A stretch of DNA of 64,000 bases from Schizochytrium sp. TIO01 (taxonomy: Eukaryota > Protista > Bigyra: Labyrinthulomycetes). The notes under the pieces are model-generated. The model ran no database searches. It saw only the letters and a list, made by a program, of their open reading frames with translations, and had not been told where the DNA came from. Location: contig SMSO01000034.1 of the NCBI GenBank assembly GCA_004764695.1, positions 4,092,001 through 4,156,000 of the forward strand, written 5' to 3'. A program made the position numbers and the translations under genes. Positions within the stretch are counted from its first letter, which is position 1. Every line of letters starts with the position of its first letter. Below are positions 22,920-33,993 of this stretch, in pieces.

Positions 22920-23972
22920 GCCCGCCAAGAAACCTAGAGATGGATGGAGCTCGCGATATGGCGACGAGGTTGGAGAGAACGACCTGAAGACCGGGGGAGG
23001 AAAGCCAGTTGCAAGCGTAGCCAGGAACCAAGCGCCTGGCTGGCAGACTGACCCGTTTCTAAAGCGGCAGCGCAGAGCGGAGCAGAGCTCGCTCTGTCTG
23101 CTGTTGGTGTTTCCACGCGATTGAGTGACTGAGCGAGAAGAAAATATGACGACCCAAAAAGAACATGAATGCAATTATAAAATGAAAACATATGGAAACA
23201 AATGGAACAAATTGCAATTTTCTACTATACGAGTTTTTAGTTCACTGTTGCCATCGTCGTTCCATTTATTTGTTTCTTTTGCTTCTTTGAAAACAAAAGA
23301 GGAACAATTCGTGATAGTAGTAACTATGAGCTCATTAAGAGTGATAGCAATGGAGGGAAAAACAAAAAAGGGAAAAAGTTATGGCAGGAGAGGGAGTGGT
23401 CAGGAGGAGAAGAACAGAACACGATATAGGAAGTCCATAAGGTACATTATGGTTAAACAGAACGCAGCGGCAATGATGATAATTTGGGATGAAACGAAAT
23501 CGGGAATCTTAATGTCAAAAAATAATGCTGGAAGGAATCATACGTGGTTGTTCTACAAGACGAAGTGGAGTGGGCAGAGAAATTTGGGATTTTTATGCTT
23601 TGTAATTATTGTACGAATACTGAATGGTGGGATAGTTACCTTTAAAAAATGAGGGTAGATTTTCCTTGAAATCTAATTTTTGGGTACGTTGAATACTAGC
23701 GCAAGGGGAATTAGTTTCGTTCCATTACCTTTGTTATCAAGTGTTTTCATTTTTGCGATTTCATATTTCACCATCTTAGGTGATGCAAGCTGCTTAGAAC
23801 TAGAACACCAAAATTAGAGGTCATCTTCAATTTACAAGTCGAGAAAATCTTTATACATGCTGAAAAAAACTATATGAACAGCAAGCACGCAACAACCTTC
23901 AATAAAGTGAAGTCGCACTTTCGTAGACTCGTTGGTTTGCTGCTTTTCAAAATGAAAGAACCACTTACATGT

Positions 23973-25532
23973 TTAAACTCCAGGACCCGAAGAGAAGAAC
24001 GATGACACATATAAACTCTTGCCGAGAGATTCTTGCGAGTAAGGCGCTCGCCAGAGACCTGAATGAACTCCGTAAGATGCAAAAAGTTCCAAAGGATTAC
24101 GCAAGACCACATCTGGGTTTGCCGGACTGTTCTTGTCACCAAGATCATGGATCAACAGCAGAGCCATCATAGATCTTGCAGTGCCAGGCTCGAACGAAGT
24201 CAAAGGTGGAAAGTTCTCTAAACCCCTGATTGCGCGAGCAACAGTGGCCACATGCATAACAGAGTCAGTGCGGCTCGCAGGTGCCATGTTAACCGATACT
24301 ACACACTTGTTTACCTCACGGGCCACCATTGCACGCCAGTTCTGGAGTGTCTTAGCAAGCAGATAGTTTGGACCCTGCATGGTAACAATGCCATCAAAAA
24401 CGTAAATCTCCTTGGATTTATCCACAGCATCCTCATTGATTGAGTCTGCCACAACAGGGGGATTGTTGGCAGGTTCAAAAGGGCCAAGCATCATGCTCAT
24501 GGCAGACTGCCACAAACTGCGACCATTCTTCTGACGCTTTTGCGAGGCCTCCCATGCAGCCTTAGGAATCGTATACAAGAGTGCAGGGGTGCCCAAATAA
24601 GTGAGGCTAGTGTCAGGACGCTTCTCAATGGTACTCTTCAGCACCGCATCCATTGCAACAGACGCCCGCACATGATCAGCACCATCGAGATAAATGTAGG
24701 AGCCAATAACTAGACGCTTTCCAGGAAAGATGGACTCCAGCCAGTTTGCCAGCTCCGGGGTATGCGTGAGAATATCTGCACCGCACATAGACGCAACATA
24801 ATCCGGGTCCTCAAGCTTATCCTTATCTGCGACCTCACCGATGATCGGTACGGTAAGCGATGCTCCTTCAGGGGCATTCTGTACAAGCTGGATAAGACGC
24901 CTCTGCCGCGATTCGTTTGGGCGAGCGACAGCCACGACATTCAAGCCCATCTCGAGAAGAGGTTCCAAAGGACAAAGCTCTGAAGTCGCGCCAAGGATCA
25001 CAAAGTAAGTGTCCTTTAAAGCCTTGATATATTCTTCGCCAGAACTGAGTAAGTCTTTCAAGGCATCAAGAACATCGGGTTCAATGTAGTCCTTTTCGAG
25101 CATATTCTGAACGGTTTTGATGAGTTCATCACCAGAAGCAATCTTGCTGCCACACGGTACACTAAACGCCTCATGAAGATTGACGACACGTTTGCCCTCA
25201 GATTTGATAGTGGCAGTCGTGGGAACTCCAGAGTACTTTCTTAGAGCCTCATCAAGCTTGCAGGACTCTCCATCGCGCACAAAATCGAATGTCTCGTATA
25301 CAGCGTCAAGACCCTGTTGCGCCACCTTGAGCGTCAACTCTGGAGTGCGAACGCTCTTTCTAGTGAGCTCTTTGGCATGGATCTGGTATTTCTGCCGCCA
25401 ATTCTTTTCTGAAGACAAGGCCTCCACGCCATCTTCATCAACTCCAGCGAAAGCTTTCGACCAAATATCTTTGGCAGGTTGCGTAGAAGTACGCCGACCT
25501 GAGGCATCCTCCGGAAACTGCACGCCCGACAT
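23973..25532 (-). CDS. Uncharacterised atypical SDR/Rossmann-like protein of bacterial type
   Basis: Rossmann-like VILGATSELCPL..GLNVVAV, SDR-like YxxxK in QGPNYLLAK, and NMAPASRTDSV. Likely ATG 25532 (MSGVQFP). Confidence 0.75.
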   Translation of the reverse strand: MSGVQFPEDASGRRTSTQPAKDIWSKAFAGVDEDGVEALSSEKNWRQKYQIHAKELTRKSVRTPELTLKVAQQGLDAVYETFDFVRDGESCKLDEALRKYSGVPTTATIKSEGKRVVNLHEAFSVPCGSKIASGDELIKTVQNMLEKDYIEPDVLDALKDLLSSGEEYIKALKDTYFVILGATSELCPLEPLLEMGLNVVAVARPNESRQRRLIQLVQNAPEGASLTVPIIGEVADKDKLEDPDYVASMCGADILTHTPELANWLESIFPGKRLVIGSYIYLDGADHVRASVAMDAVLKSTIEKRPDTSLTYLGTPALLYTIPKAAWEASQKRQKNGRSLWQSAMSMMLGPFEPANNPPVVADSINEDAVDKSKEIYVFDGIVTMQGPNYLLAKTLQNWRAMVAREVNKCVVSVNMAPASRTDSVMHVATVARAIRGLENFPPLTSFEPGTARSMMALLLIHDLGDKNSPANPDVVLRNPLELFASYGVHSGLWRAPYSQESLGKSLYVSSFFSSGPGV

Positions 25533-26372
25533 TGCAAGATGCGAAGAACCTTCTACACCTGCTTCTACTATTATGCTCCGTGAGTTGCGATTTGAGAATA
25601 ACTGCGCGTGATCGTATATGGCGCAAATGCCTCTTCGCCCGAGTTTTCTATCTTCTAAAGAACTTAGATTGGGATTTGTTGTTTCGCTTGCCAAAGATAA
25701 CAGGGGCCTCCAAGTTGTGCATCATTATGGCGATCTTCTTACGTCACAGGTGCACTCGGGAAACTTCTCAATCCTATAGAAAGCGCTAGCTACAGCATTA
25801 ACATATGACACCATACCCACGTTAACAGAAGAGTACCTTTCAGAATAAAAACTTAAAACAAGAATATCAACACTCTCGGAGGTCACTCCTAAAATCTTTC
25901 TGGTAAAAACTCAAGCTAAGACAAGATGATGCCGAACAACTTATCAAGAACAAGAATTACGATATGCATTCCTTCCTTGTATCCTGACAGTGTTATGTTG
26001 TAGCAATTGTCGGAGTTGAAAGAAAACTAGTGTAATGGTAGGTATGACAGATTTATAAAACTTGTGAGGACATGGAAAACTAGCTATAGATACACACCCG
26101 CCCGTCCAATCTGGACTAGGGGAAGTATGCTTACTCAGCAAAGGAAATGGTGCTATGATTGTATTGTGTGAAGACCCAGGCCAAGATCTGAGGAGAAGGG
26201 AGCGACAAATCAAAGAAAGCAAATTTATATTGTGAATGATGCAGCTCAGGCTTCCTGGAAACTGTAAACTATTTATGTAGCAAGGAAACATGATTGGGAG
26301 TTGCTGAGTTGCTGGTGCTCTTGTCATTGTTCTACTTTTACGAAGACCTTATAAGGCATGTTAAATCTCGAT

Positions 26373-28766
26373 TTACTCAGCGTTGCCTCCCATACAGCCG
26401 CACGAAAATAATCCGCCTCGCTTCTTCTTTTGGGGCTTGCGCGGGGAGATGGGCTGTGGGCCATCTGGATCGACCTCATCCAAATTGGCTTCGCCACCGT
26501 CAGCCTGGCTGGCCTCACGCTTAAGCCGTGACTCAATAGCTTCCTTCTTGGCCCTTTCAAACTCAGCAAGCTCCTCAAAGTATGCCATGTCACGGTTGGG
26601 CTCAAGAAATTTGAGCTGATGCAGAAACTCTTCTGGTGCAATCAAATGCGACGAGCCGACCACAACGTCCCGGTTTGTATTGCGCATCACTTTGTGGATC
26701 GCAGCAAGTTCGCTGTACGTGGCTCCACCTGCAATAAACACGATAACGCGGGCCCCGCGAGGGTTGCGTTTCTCATTAATAGCCTGACGCAGTTTAGTGC
26801 CTTCGGCTTCCTCCTTTTTACGCGCAGTTGCTGTTGCGGAGCCATTTTTAGGTCGTTTACGTGCTGAAAGAGTTTCTGTTTCGGGGGGCAAAGGAGGAGA
26901 CGCTGGTGATGCCGTAGAGGGACTCTCGTCTTTACGAGCCGAGCGAAAAGCACTGACAAAAGCGGAGCCAAAGCTAGCCTTAGGCTCTGTGCCATTGACT
27001 GGGAGGCTTCCGGCAGAGTAGTTGTTACTTGCACCATCATCCACAGTAACAGGCGGATCCATTACATAAGGGAAGTCATCGCGTCGCAGCTGCTTTGTAC
27101 AGGCCTTTTCGACAATCTCTGCAACAAGAGGGGTGTAACGGTCGCGAGCATCGTTTGTGTTGAGTGCGAGTTGCTTGGCTAGTCTAATGCGCTCCTTCAG
27201 CTCGGGATCACTTGATCCACTGGAGTTGGAACCACCACCCATTCGCACGCCGAGATAAGACAAATTAAGTAGCATGGACTGAACAGCAAGTGGCAATTGC
27301 GGGTTTGCAGACTCCAGAATGTGGCGCCGATCCTCCTCGCGCATACCTTCTTGGGTGATCATGTACAGACCAACTAGACGTGCAGTCTCCATCACCCCTA
27401 CAGTGGGGTCCCGCACAATCTTCATAATTTCGGACGCCATCGAGGCTTCAGACACCTCCTGGCCGTCTTGATTAACATGGGTAATCAATGTCTGCTCAAG
27501 CATTGTAATATCAAGCAAACGACGCGTAGCCACCTTGTGCATGCAAAGCTTGGTAAGCTGCAAGTGTGTGGTGTGGCGGCTCACAAGCTCTTGGAACTCT
27601 GGCAGCTCACGCACAGCACGCTGCATCTCTTCGAGGCTCACTTCATCATCACCCTCACCGCGGCGCTTCATCTTATAAAGTGAATGGCCTGTGTAAGTTT
27701 GGAGCTCCGATTGCAGGGTCTGCATAACCTGTTTGATGTGCATGTGGCGAAAGTCAACCCAGAGTGGGTCATCCTCGTTTAGAAGACAAGCGCTCACATC
27801 TGACTCCGCGTCAGGCATGGGCTCAAGTACGAGGCGAGGGTCCTCATCCTGGCCGCTATAACCTTCTATGGGACCCTTGAAGTAGCGACAGAGTCCGTCG
27901 TGAACATTGAGAAGGTCGTTAATCAATGCCTGATAGTAGAACGAGTGCAAAAGAGGTGTTGCCGGGTCCTTTGCACGATCAAGGATGATCAGAGTTGAGC
28001 GCAGCGACTGGTTGGCATCAGCACCGCCACCTCGCCATGAAAAGTCATGATTGGTTTTGATAAAGGTTTTGAAGTGGTCATCGAAGGTATTTGCCAGTTC
28101 AACACTCACAGTGCTATCTGCGTCATATCTAACAAAAGGGTACTCATTGAGCGTAGCACAGAGGGTAACAAGGTTCTCTGCCATGGACGAAATACAGCCA
28201 CCACGAAACGTACGACGCTCATTATAGAGTTCCACCATTGCGGCCGGTCGATCAAAGTGAAAAACATTTTCTTCAATAGCCATGTAGTTCAGGTTAATCT
28301 CGCTGAGTGTCGCGAGACGCCGCTTCAGCCCATTGGTTCCCTTGATCGCTGCAAGTTCGTCATCGCCAATAGTCCGGAGGAAGAACACGTGAACGCGGCT
28401 GTATTGAGGTTTCTCCATGTTTGCAAAGTCATTGCAAAGATGGTCAACTGATGAGGTGGTAGGATCGAGAACATAGACAGCCTCGAGCTCCGGAAACGGC
28501 TGACGCCTTTTTTCGAGCGACTCTACAAGTGCAATACCAGCGTCGGTGATATCAAACACTCTGACGGCTGCTCCGAGAACGCGAGTTGCTCGTTGGTCAA
28601 GCACAAGTACTCTGTAAGCGTGTTCTCCACGCTTTTGGTTGAGCGACCTAAGCATATCGTCTAAAATAGCATGGCGCGTAATTTCACGCATGCTATGCCA
28701 CTCGCCAGATTGCTGGCCAATATTGCCACTGAAGGCTGCCATGGCAGCTGATTGAGAAGTCGCCAT
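26373..28766 (-). CDS. SEC1: Sec1/Munc18 (syntaxin-binding) SM protein
   Basis: VLVLD, VESLEKRRQPFPELEAVY, LCATLNEYPFVRY, LIILDRAKDPATPLLHSFYYQALINDLL, LNEDDPLWVDFRHMHI and IVFIAGGATYSE. Confidence 0.95.
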   Translation of the reverse strand: MATSQSAAMAAFSGNIGQQSGEWHSMREITRHAILDDMLRSLNQKRGEHAYRVLVLDQRATRVLGAAVRVFDITDAGIALVESLEKRRQPFPELEAVYVLDPTTSSVDHLCNDFANMEKPQYSRVHVFFLRTIGDDELAAIKGTNGLKRRLATLSEINLNYMAIEENVFHFDRPAAMVELYNERRTFRGGCISSMAENLVTLCATLNEYPFVRYDADSTVSVELANTFDDHFKTFIKTNHDFSWRGGGADANQSLRSTLIILDRAKDPATPLLHSFYYQALINDLLNVHDGLCRYFKGPIEGYSGQDEDPRLVLEPMPDAESDVSACLLNEDDPLWVDFRHMHIKQVMQTLQSELQTYTGHSLYKMKRRGEGDDEVSLEEMQRAVRELPEFQELVSRHTTHLQLTKLCMHKVATRRLLDITMLEQTLITHVNQDGQEVSEASMASEIMKIVRDPTVGVMETARLVGLYMITQEGMREEDRRHILESANPQLPLAVQSMLLNLSYLGVRMGGGSNSSGSSDPELKERIRLAKQLALNTNDARDRYTPLVAEIVEKACTKQLRRDDFPYVMDPPVTVDDGASNNYSAGSLPVNGTEPKASFGSAFVSAFRSARKDESPSTASPASPPLPPETETLSARKRPKNGSATATARKKEEAEGTKLRQAINEKRNPRGARVIVFIAGGATYSELAAIHKVMRNTNRDVVVGSSHLIAPEEFLHQLKFLEPNRDMAYFEELAEFERAKKEAIESRLKREASQADGGEANLDEVDPDGPQPISPRKPQKKKRGGLFSCGCMGGNAE

Positions 28767-29523
28767 CGTGCTTTTTCAGATTTACAAGAATTCTTAAAAT
28801 CTTGTTGCCTAAATATGTGTCTCAGGAGACTCTGAGGTGCAAAAACGAACTGGTGCACCTCAACAAATTATATAGCACCGTACCTCCCTGCCACGTATTA
28901 AAATTAACTTGCTGTGGAGCAAGTACAGGATAGAAGTATCAGCGTGCCCCGCACGAGGACCCAGCGACGGCTCGACAGAGTTTTGCAAGCAGTGTGAACG
29001 ACCTAAACAACGACTGCCAGCCTGCCTGCCTGAGGCCGACGCTTACCTCAAATCCCCGCTCCAACCGGTCTTGAGCGGACTTTGCTAAATCAGTCAACAG
29101 CAGGTAGCAGCGAGCCACTATCCTCTCCACGCTGCCCCAGTCCCCGCCCGTGCAAAGACCCGAGTTGGCGCCGCAGCTCGCGATCAAGAACTGTATGCCC
29201 GCGCGACGACTCCAAATGAGTGAGTCAATTGATTGATAGATTTCAGAGGTATTTACTCTAGGTAGTATCTACTTATTATTTGTTAAAGAAGAGTGAATTG
29301 TTCAACGAGGAGGCAAAAATAAAATAATAACTGGGTATGCGATAAAGTCAAAGCAATGTAAATCATCCGCAAGACTCAATCAGACTCCGCTCCATTCGCA
29401 AATGTGCCGTTAGGTGCCAATCGTGCTTTCTCTCTGCCCGTCTGAGGATTCCCTCACCTCTGCAAACCCGATCGTTTCCTATTTTTTGGGCGAAGCTTTG
29501 GTCCGAGTGGTGACGAGGACAGA

Positions 29524-29553
29524 CAGTCAGTCAGTCAGTCAGTCAGTCAGTCA
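29524..29553. repeat. (CAGT)7 microsatellite
   Basis: Read directly from the sequence. Confidence 0.9.
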
Positions 29554-29937
29554 TTAATTAGTTCAAGAAGGTGGAAAGTTGAGTTTAGTTACAAATCGCT
29601 ATGAGAAACAAGGATGATCAGATTGAAGATGAGTCTACTAAACTCAGGCAGCACCAAAGCCACGGGGATCCAGAGATCAACTGCAATGCAATGCAATGAG
29701 ATGAATGGATGAATCGCAGCTATGAAGCTCGAGGTTTGTCATTGCAGATATCGAGCGAGGAAATCAATTGCATCTCGCTATCATGACTCTCTCTCCAAAG
29801 GTTTGCTTTGACTTGTGTCCTTTGCAGAGGTTGGTTACGACTCGGAGTTGGTTTCTTTCGAGCTGGGGCAACAGAAAACAGGAGCGTTGAATCAGAGGTG
29901 ACATCCACGCGATGTAGTTTTGCAGAAGGAGATTCTT

Positions 29938-30292
29938 GCAGCTTTGATTGAAACCCCTATGGTCCTGCGGAGTGTTGCGGATCCCTCATGGCATTTGAAG
30001 GGGTTGAGTATCAGGCTGTCAGGGTGGAGGAGTTAGTTCTCTGGTGAAATGTAGTTAAAACGTACAAGTCATAAAGTGGTAGGCTAGCTATAATGAAATA
30101 CCACTAAGGAGCCTTAGGCGCTTCCAAAACAAGGGAAAATTAATCATTTCACCTTTATAATTTCTTCTGGCAGGTAGAGGAGTTTGGCTGCGCCGCATTG
30201 AACCGGAGGGATTAAGTCGCTGGTAGGCCCGTTCTCGGCAACGTCAAGACGCAGCTGCTAGTCAATATCCCTCGTATGCTTGGTTTTGCTCT
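29938..30292 (+). ncRNA. Candidate structured non-coding RNA (unidentified)
   Basis: ORF-free segment with nested helices: AACCCCT/AGGGGTT, GGTGAAATG/CATTTCACC, AGTGGTA/TACCACT, GAGGGAT/ATCCCTC, plus G-U-extended stems on the + strand. Confidence 0.3.
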
Positions 30293-30473
30293 TCATTTTC
30301 TTTACAGGTATGGATTTATTCGAAGAAACTCATACACTAGATTCGGGAAATTTTATTCTGCTGAAGGAAAACCAAATAACTAAACGAACAAAGTCACACG
30401 AAAACACAAACTTAGCAAATTCGAAAGTAACCTTTTACAAGTTACCCATGAGAACATAACGGTGGTTATCTAC

Positions 30474-30507
30474 CTAAACAGTATATATCTAGATATATAC
30501 TGTTTAG
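30474..30507. repeat. Perfect 34-bp palindrome
   Basis: CTAAACAGTATATATCT|AGATATATACTGTTTAG with no spacer. Confidence 0.95.
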
Positions 30508-30590
30508 AATCAACTTATTTTTATACATTTACAAATGAAGTCGCACGGAAGAAACACAAAAAAATGAATCAAAAAAATGAATCAAAAAAA

Positions 30591-31952
30591 TTACAAGTAA
30601 ATTGAGGTATCTTCAAAGACCTCATCAGGAATTCTGTCTGTAGTACGCAGCTGAAGACCACCTGCAATGGTAGTCTCAAGAAGATGAACAGGCTGCTGAT
30701 TGACACGATCTTTGGGACAATCGGGAACCATTCTCATGAGCCAGGAAAGAGTACTATCAAGAAACTTGACACACATGTTCGGATCCCAGTGACCTTCTTT
30801 AAGGCCTTTTGGAATGTCAAGTGTACGTAGAAACTGCATTTTACGCAAATGCCCTTCATCATCCCGGAACCCCACCAGGATGAGCGGCACTCCGGACAAA
30901 AAGCTTTGACAGTACCACTTAAGAAGTTTGAAGCGCTCAAAGGAACGAACATTTGATGGTGTTTCTAAAAGCCGCGTTACCTTTAACTCAATGTCCCGTC
31001 TGCGAGTATCACAGCAGTCCATCTCAGCTGCGCCCACCAACATTTTGTCACCAATGCGAGTCTTAAAAACTCGACAATAACAATTAGCGGGGTCCACATC
31101 ACGGGATTCTGACTCATGACCGGGTTCCCGTGTCATAACCTCCTCAAACTTGTATCCATAATACATGAACTTTTTCTGGCGTCTACCCATGTTTTTATCT
31201 TCCGCCATTTTTTCTGGTGTCTCACGGTTTGACAAGTACAATACACCATCACATTTCCAAGCAGCGATTTGAAAGGTGTCTCGTCTTAAAAAGGGCGCAC
31301 ACATTATTTTCGTGAGAATTCCACGCCATGCTACGACTGTAGGTTTTCGATTAAATGAAGCAGCTCTTAAAGCATGAAGAACATGCTCTAATGAGTCTGG
31401 AATAGGTGGGGTCCATTTACGCTCAAATTCATCAAACCCAACATTAAGATCAGTGCCACGCTTGCCGCAGTTGTCGTTGAGTGTTCCGTATCCAGAGTGA
31501 TCCCCATAATGCCACTTTCTATCTGCATCTCGTGTCATACATGCAACTTCCATTGGCTGCTGCAAAGGGACGCATGGAGCATTTCGCAAGCGGAAGACCA
31601 CATCAGAGACCAAAACTTCAGGAGGAGGAGGCCCCTTGGGTGCTGATGTTGACAGCTGTTGTATCGCTGCTTTCGACGTAGATTCTGCGGAAGCAGGCGG
31701 CATAGACGAAGGATTGGCAGCTTGGGAAGCAGAAGCACCCCCTGCGCCAAAAGGTTTGGAGTTTGCCGTGCCATGTGCTGCACCGTGTGGACGTTTCTGC
31801 TGGGGTGCGGGATGGCTGCTGTCGGGGTAGGAGCTCACACGAGGCCGCTTCTTTTGAAGCTTGGCTCTTGGGGAGCTCTCTTGCGAGTTATCTACTCCAG
31901 CTTGACCAGGCTCCTCGTTGCCGCCATTTGCACGAGCACTTTGAGGATCCAT
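30591..31952 (-). CDS. RAI1: RAI1/DXO decapping exoribonuclease
   Basis: WRGILTKIM, YYGYKFEE, GAAEMDC, IELKV and KLLKWYCQSFLSGVPLILVGFRDDEG are the DXO/Rai1 motifs. Confidence 0.93.
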   Translation of the reverse strand: MDPQSARANGGNEEPGQAGVDNSQESSPRAKLQKKRPRVSSYPDSSHPAPQQKRPHGAAHGTANSKPFGAGGASASQAANPSSMPPASAESTSKAAIQQLSTSAPKGPPPPEVLVSDVVFRLRNAPCVPLQQPMEVACMTRDADRKWHYGDHSGYGTLNDNCGKRGTDLNVGFDEFERKWTPPIPDSLEHVLHALRAASFNRKPTVVAWRGILTKIMCAPFLRRDTFQIAAWKCDGVLYLSNRETPEKMAEDKNMGRRQKKFMYYGYKFEEVMTREPGHESESRDVDPANCYCRVFKTRIGDKMLVGAAEMDCCDTRRRDIELKVTRLLETPSNVRSFERFKLLKWYCQSFLSGVPLILVGFRDDEGHLRKMQFLRTLDIPKGLKEGHWDPNMCVKFLDSTLSWLMRMVPDCPKDRVNQQPVHLLETTIAGGLQLRTTDRIPDEVFEDTSIYL

Positions 31953-33000
31953 CTCGTCCAGATGATACCTTAGCTAGTACGCCAAGGTTGACTTTTAATC
32001 GTGCCTGAACTCCAGCTTTAATATAGGTTTGTTGCTTTTGTAGCGTACCTAGGAGCAACTCGAGTTGACAATCAGTTGGTAGCGAGGAACCAAGGGACTC
32101 CTCTGCTTTGTTGTTGCCGAGATGCGATACATCAATCGCTCGATCGTTCGATTTGTCGATTGCTTCCAAGCCACTAGAGAACTAGGTACATTATGTAATA
32201 AATTAAAATTCTTTAATTGAACAATACCACCATGGCTAGAAATTAATCTGCGCATATAGCACTAGTTATCAGGGAATTAGTTGAGGTTTGCAGCTAGACT
32301 CTTCCAAGGTCACTCATGAGTCCAACGTCTGGTTGACGCTCTCAGAAAGGGTCTGCAGGACTTAGTTCGTTGCAGCTCAAGCATTAATTCAAAGGAAGCC
32401 GCCTTTATGATAGCTTGCCTGGTGCAATCTGTATCATAAGATCATACTAGGTGATCCTAAAAAAAGAAAGTGTTTTATCTTAAGAAGGGCTTGGGCTAAC
32501 TAGATACTATGCTAATCAGCTACGAGTAAAGTATTAATTTGGGGCGAGGGAGAGATCCGTTCATAAAGGAAGAAGGAGAAGCTGGGTCATAAAAGGTTCT
32601 TTTGTACGGAATTGGCGATTCCGTTGGTTTTATGAATTTTCGTCATAGAGAGAACTTCAGGTCTGATATTGAGGCCTTCGAGTACAAAGGTCTACAACAC
32701 CCTCGTGTGTTTTTTTTTTAATGCGCTTACTTGCGACAAGTTATATTATGATTCCGTCATTTCGGCCATGGCTGAACTTTACAGAAGGAGCAATAGTGTG
32801 ATAAATATAACATTTCAGAGGTACAAGTTAACTCATTCGATTGCTGCCATTGACTCCACATGTCTAGCTAGGACATATTTGCGATAGCGACTCACATACT
32901 GCTTTCTGTACTTGCGTGTGGAGACTGCGCTGACTGTTGACAGTGCACGAGCATACTTGCAGCTGATTCTGCGAGCAGGAACTTCGACTGCACTGTAACA

Positions 33001-33993
33001 ATGGAGGAGCTTCGACAGACTACATACTGGGAAACCTCGTTTGTTGAGCACAAACGGAATAAATTTGGCAAAGGCGTCACGGATCCGTCGAGCTTGAAGA
33101 GGTCCCCTCGCCGCAAGCTACAATCAGCAGAAGGACGTATTGAACAGCAAGAACCAGGTATTTCCAAGGATGGAGTAAACCGTAATCGAATGATTGCAAG
33201 TAATTTAGTGCGCCAACAGCCCCAGTCTAGAAATCTCAACACGCGTGCTCACATTCGCAAGAAGCCCTTAATGGCGCCGTTGTTAGGACGCATTGACTTT
33301 TCCAGATCCGATAACCCAGGCGACATCGAGCATCTTAAACATGGTATGTATTCACCGCCAAATTTTGATGAAGCAAACGTCTTGGGAAGCAAAGGCCTGG
33401 CTGAGCATAGTGAGTCTTCACAAGCTCATCGTGTCGTGAGAACAACCAAGTCTCGTCTTCCGATGCGATGCGTAACACCCGACCCTATTGTCCAGCGTGG
33501 TGAGACAACAACTCGAAAAACTCCCCAACGTGCTCCTAGTCCACTTGTGGGATCAACATCTGCATTGCCCACTATGCCATTAACAATAGAGCAAGAAGTT
33601 CGCATTCGGTCGCGTACTGTAAACTCTATTTGTAGAGATATTGAGCGAAGACGCCAGGCTGCACGCCGAAATTTAAGCATTCGAGAACTCAGCGAAAGGG
33701 TTCACAATCAAGCAAACGCATCGATGAGCCGTGAGGTCGAAATGCGATCACGACTGCAACAAAACTGGAATCTAGCATTGGATCGTTGTATTCCATATGT
33801 ATCAACTATCCCTCCGAAAGAAGGAGATTCAAAATGGACTTCATCAGCTATTTCTGCAGATCTTGATGATGAGCCTGTTGAGTTTTTCTTGAGCGATGAT
33901 GATGATTTACACGGCTTAAAATACGTACGCGAGGATGCTCCAGGCGACGAACCTTTGTATTTAAGATATCTGCGAGCCAAACAGTATCATTGA
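33001..33993 (+). CDS. Hypothetical protein, 330 aa
   Basis: ATG-started ORF, Arg-rich and probably disordered with a coiled-coil segment, divergent from RAI1. Confidence 0.65.
   Translation: MEELRQTTYWETSFVEHKRNKFGKGVTDPSSLKRSPRRKLQSAEGRIEQQEPGISKDGVNRNRMIASNLVRQQPQSRNLNTRAHIRKKPLMAPLLGRIDFSRSDNPGDIEHLKHGMYSPPNFDEANVLGSKGLAEHSESSQAHRVVRTTKSRLPMRCVTPDPIVQRGETTTRKTPQRAPSPLVGSTSALPTMPLTIEQEVRIRSRTVNSICRDIERRRQAARRNLSIRELSERVHNQANASMSREVEMRSRLQQNWNLALDRCIPYVSTIPPKEGDSKWTSSAISADLDDEPVEFFLSDDDDLHGLKYVREDAPGDEPLYLRYLRAKQYH

Noticed and set aside
30043-30105. rRNA-like words GGTGAAATG and TGAAATACCACT
   Set aside because: The flanks do not align with SSU or LSU rRNA, so it is not called as rRNA.
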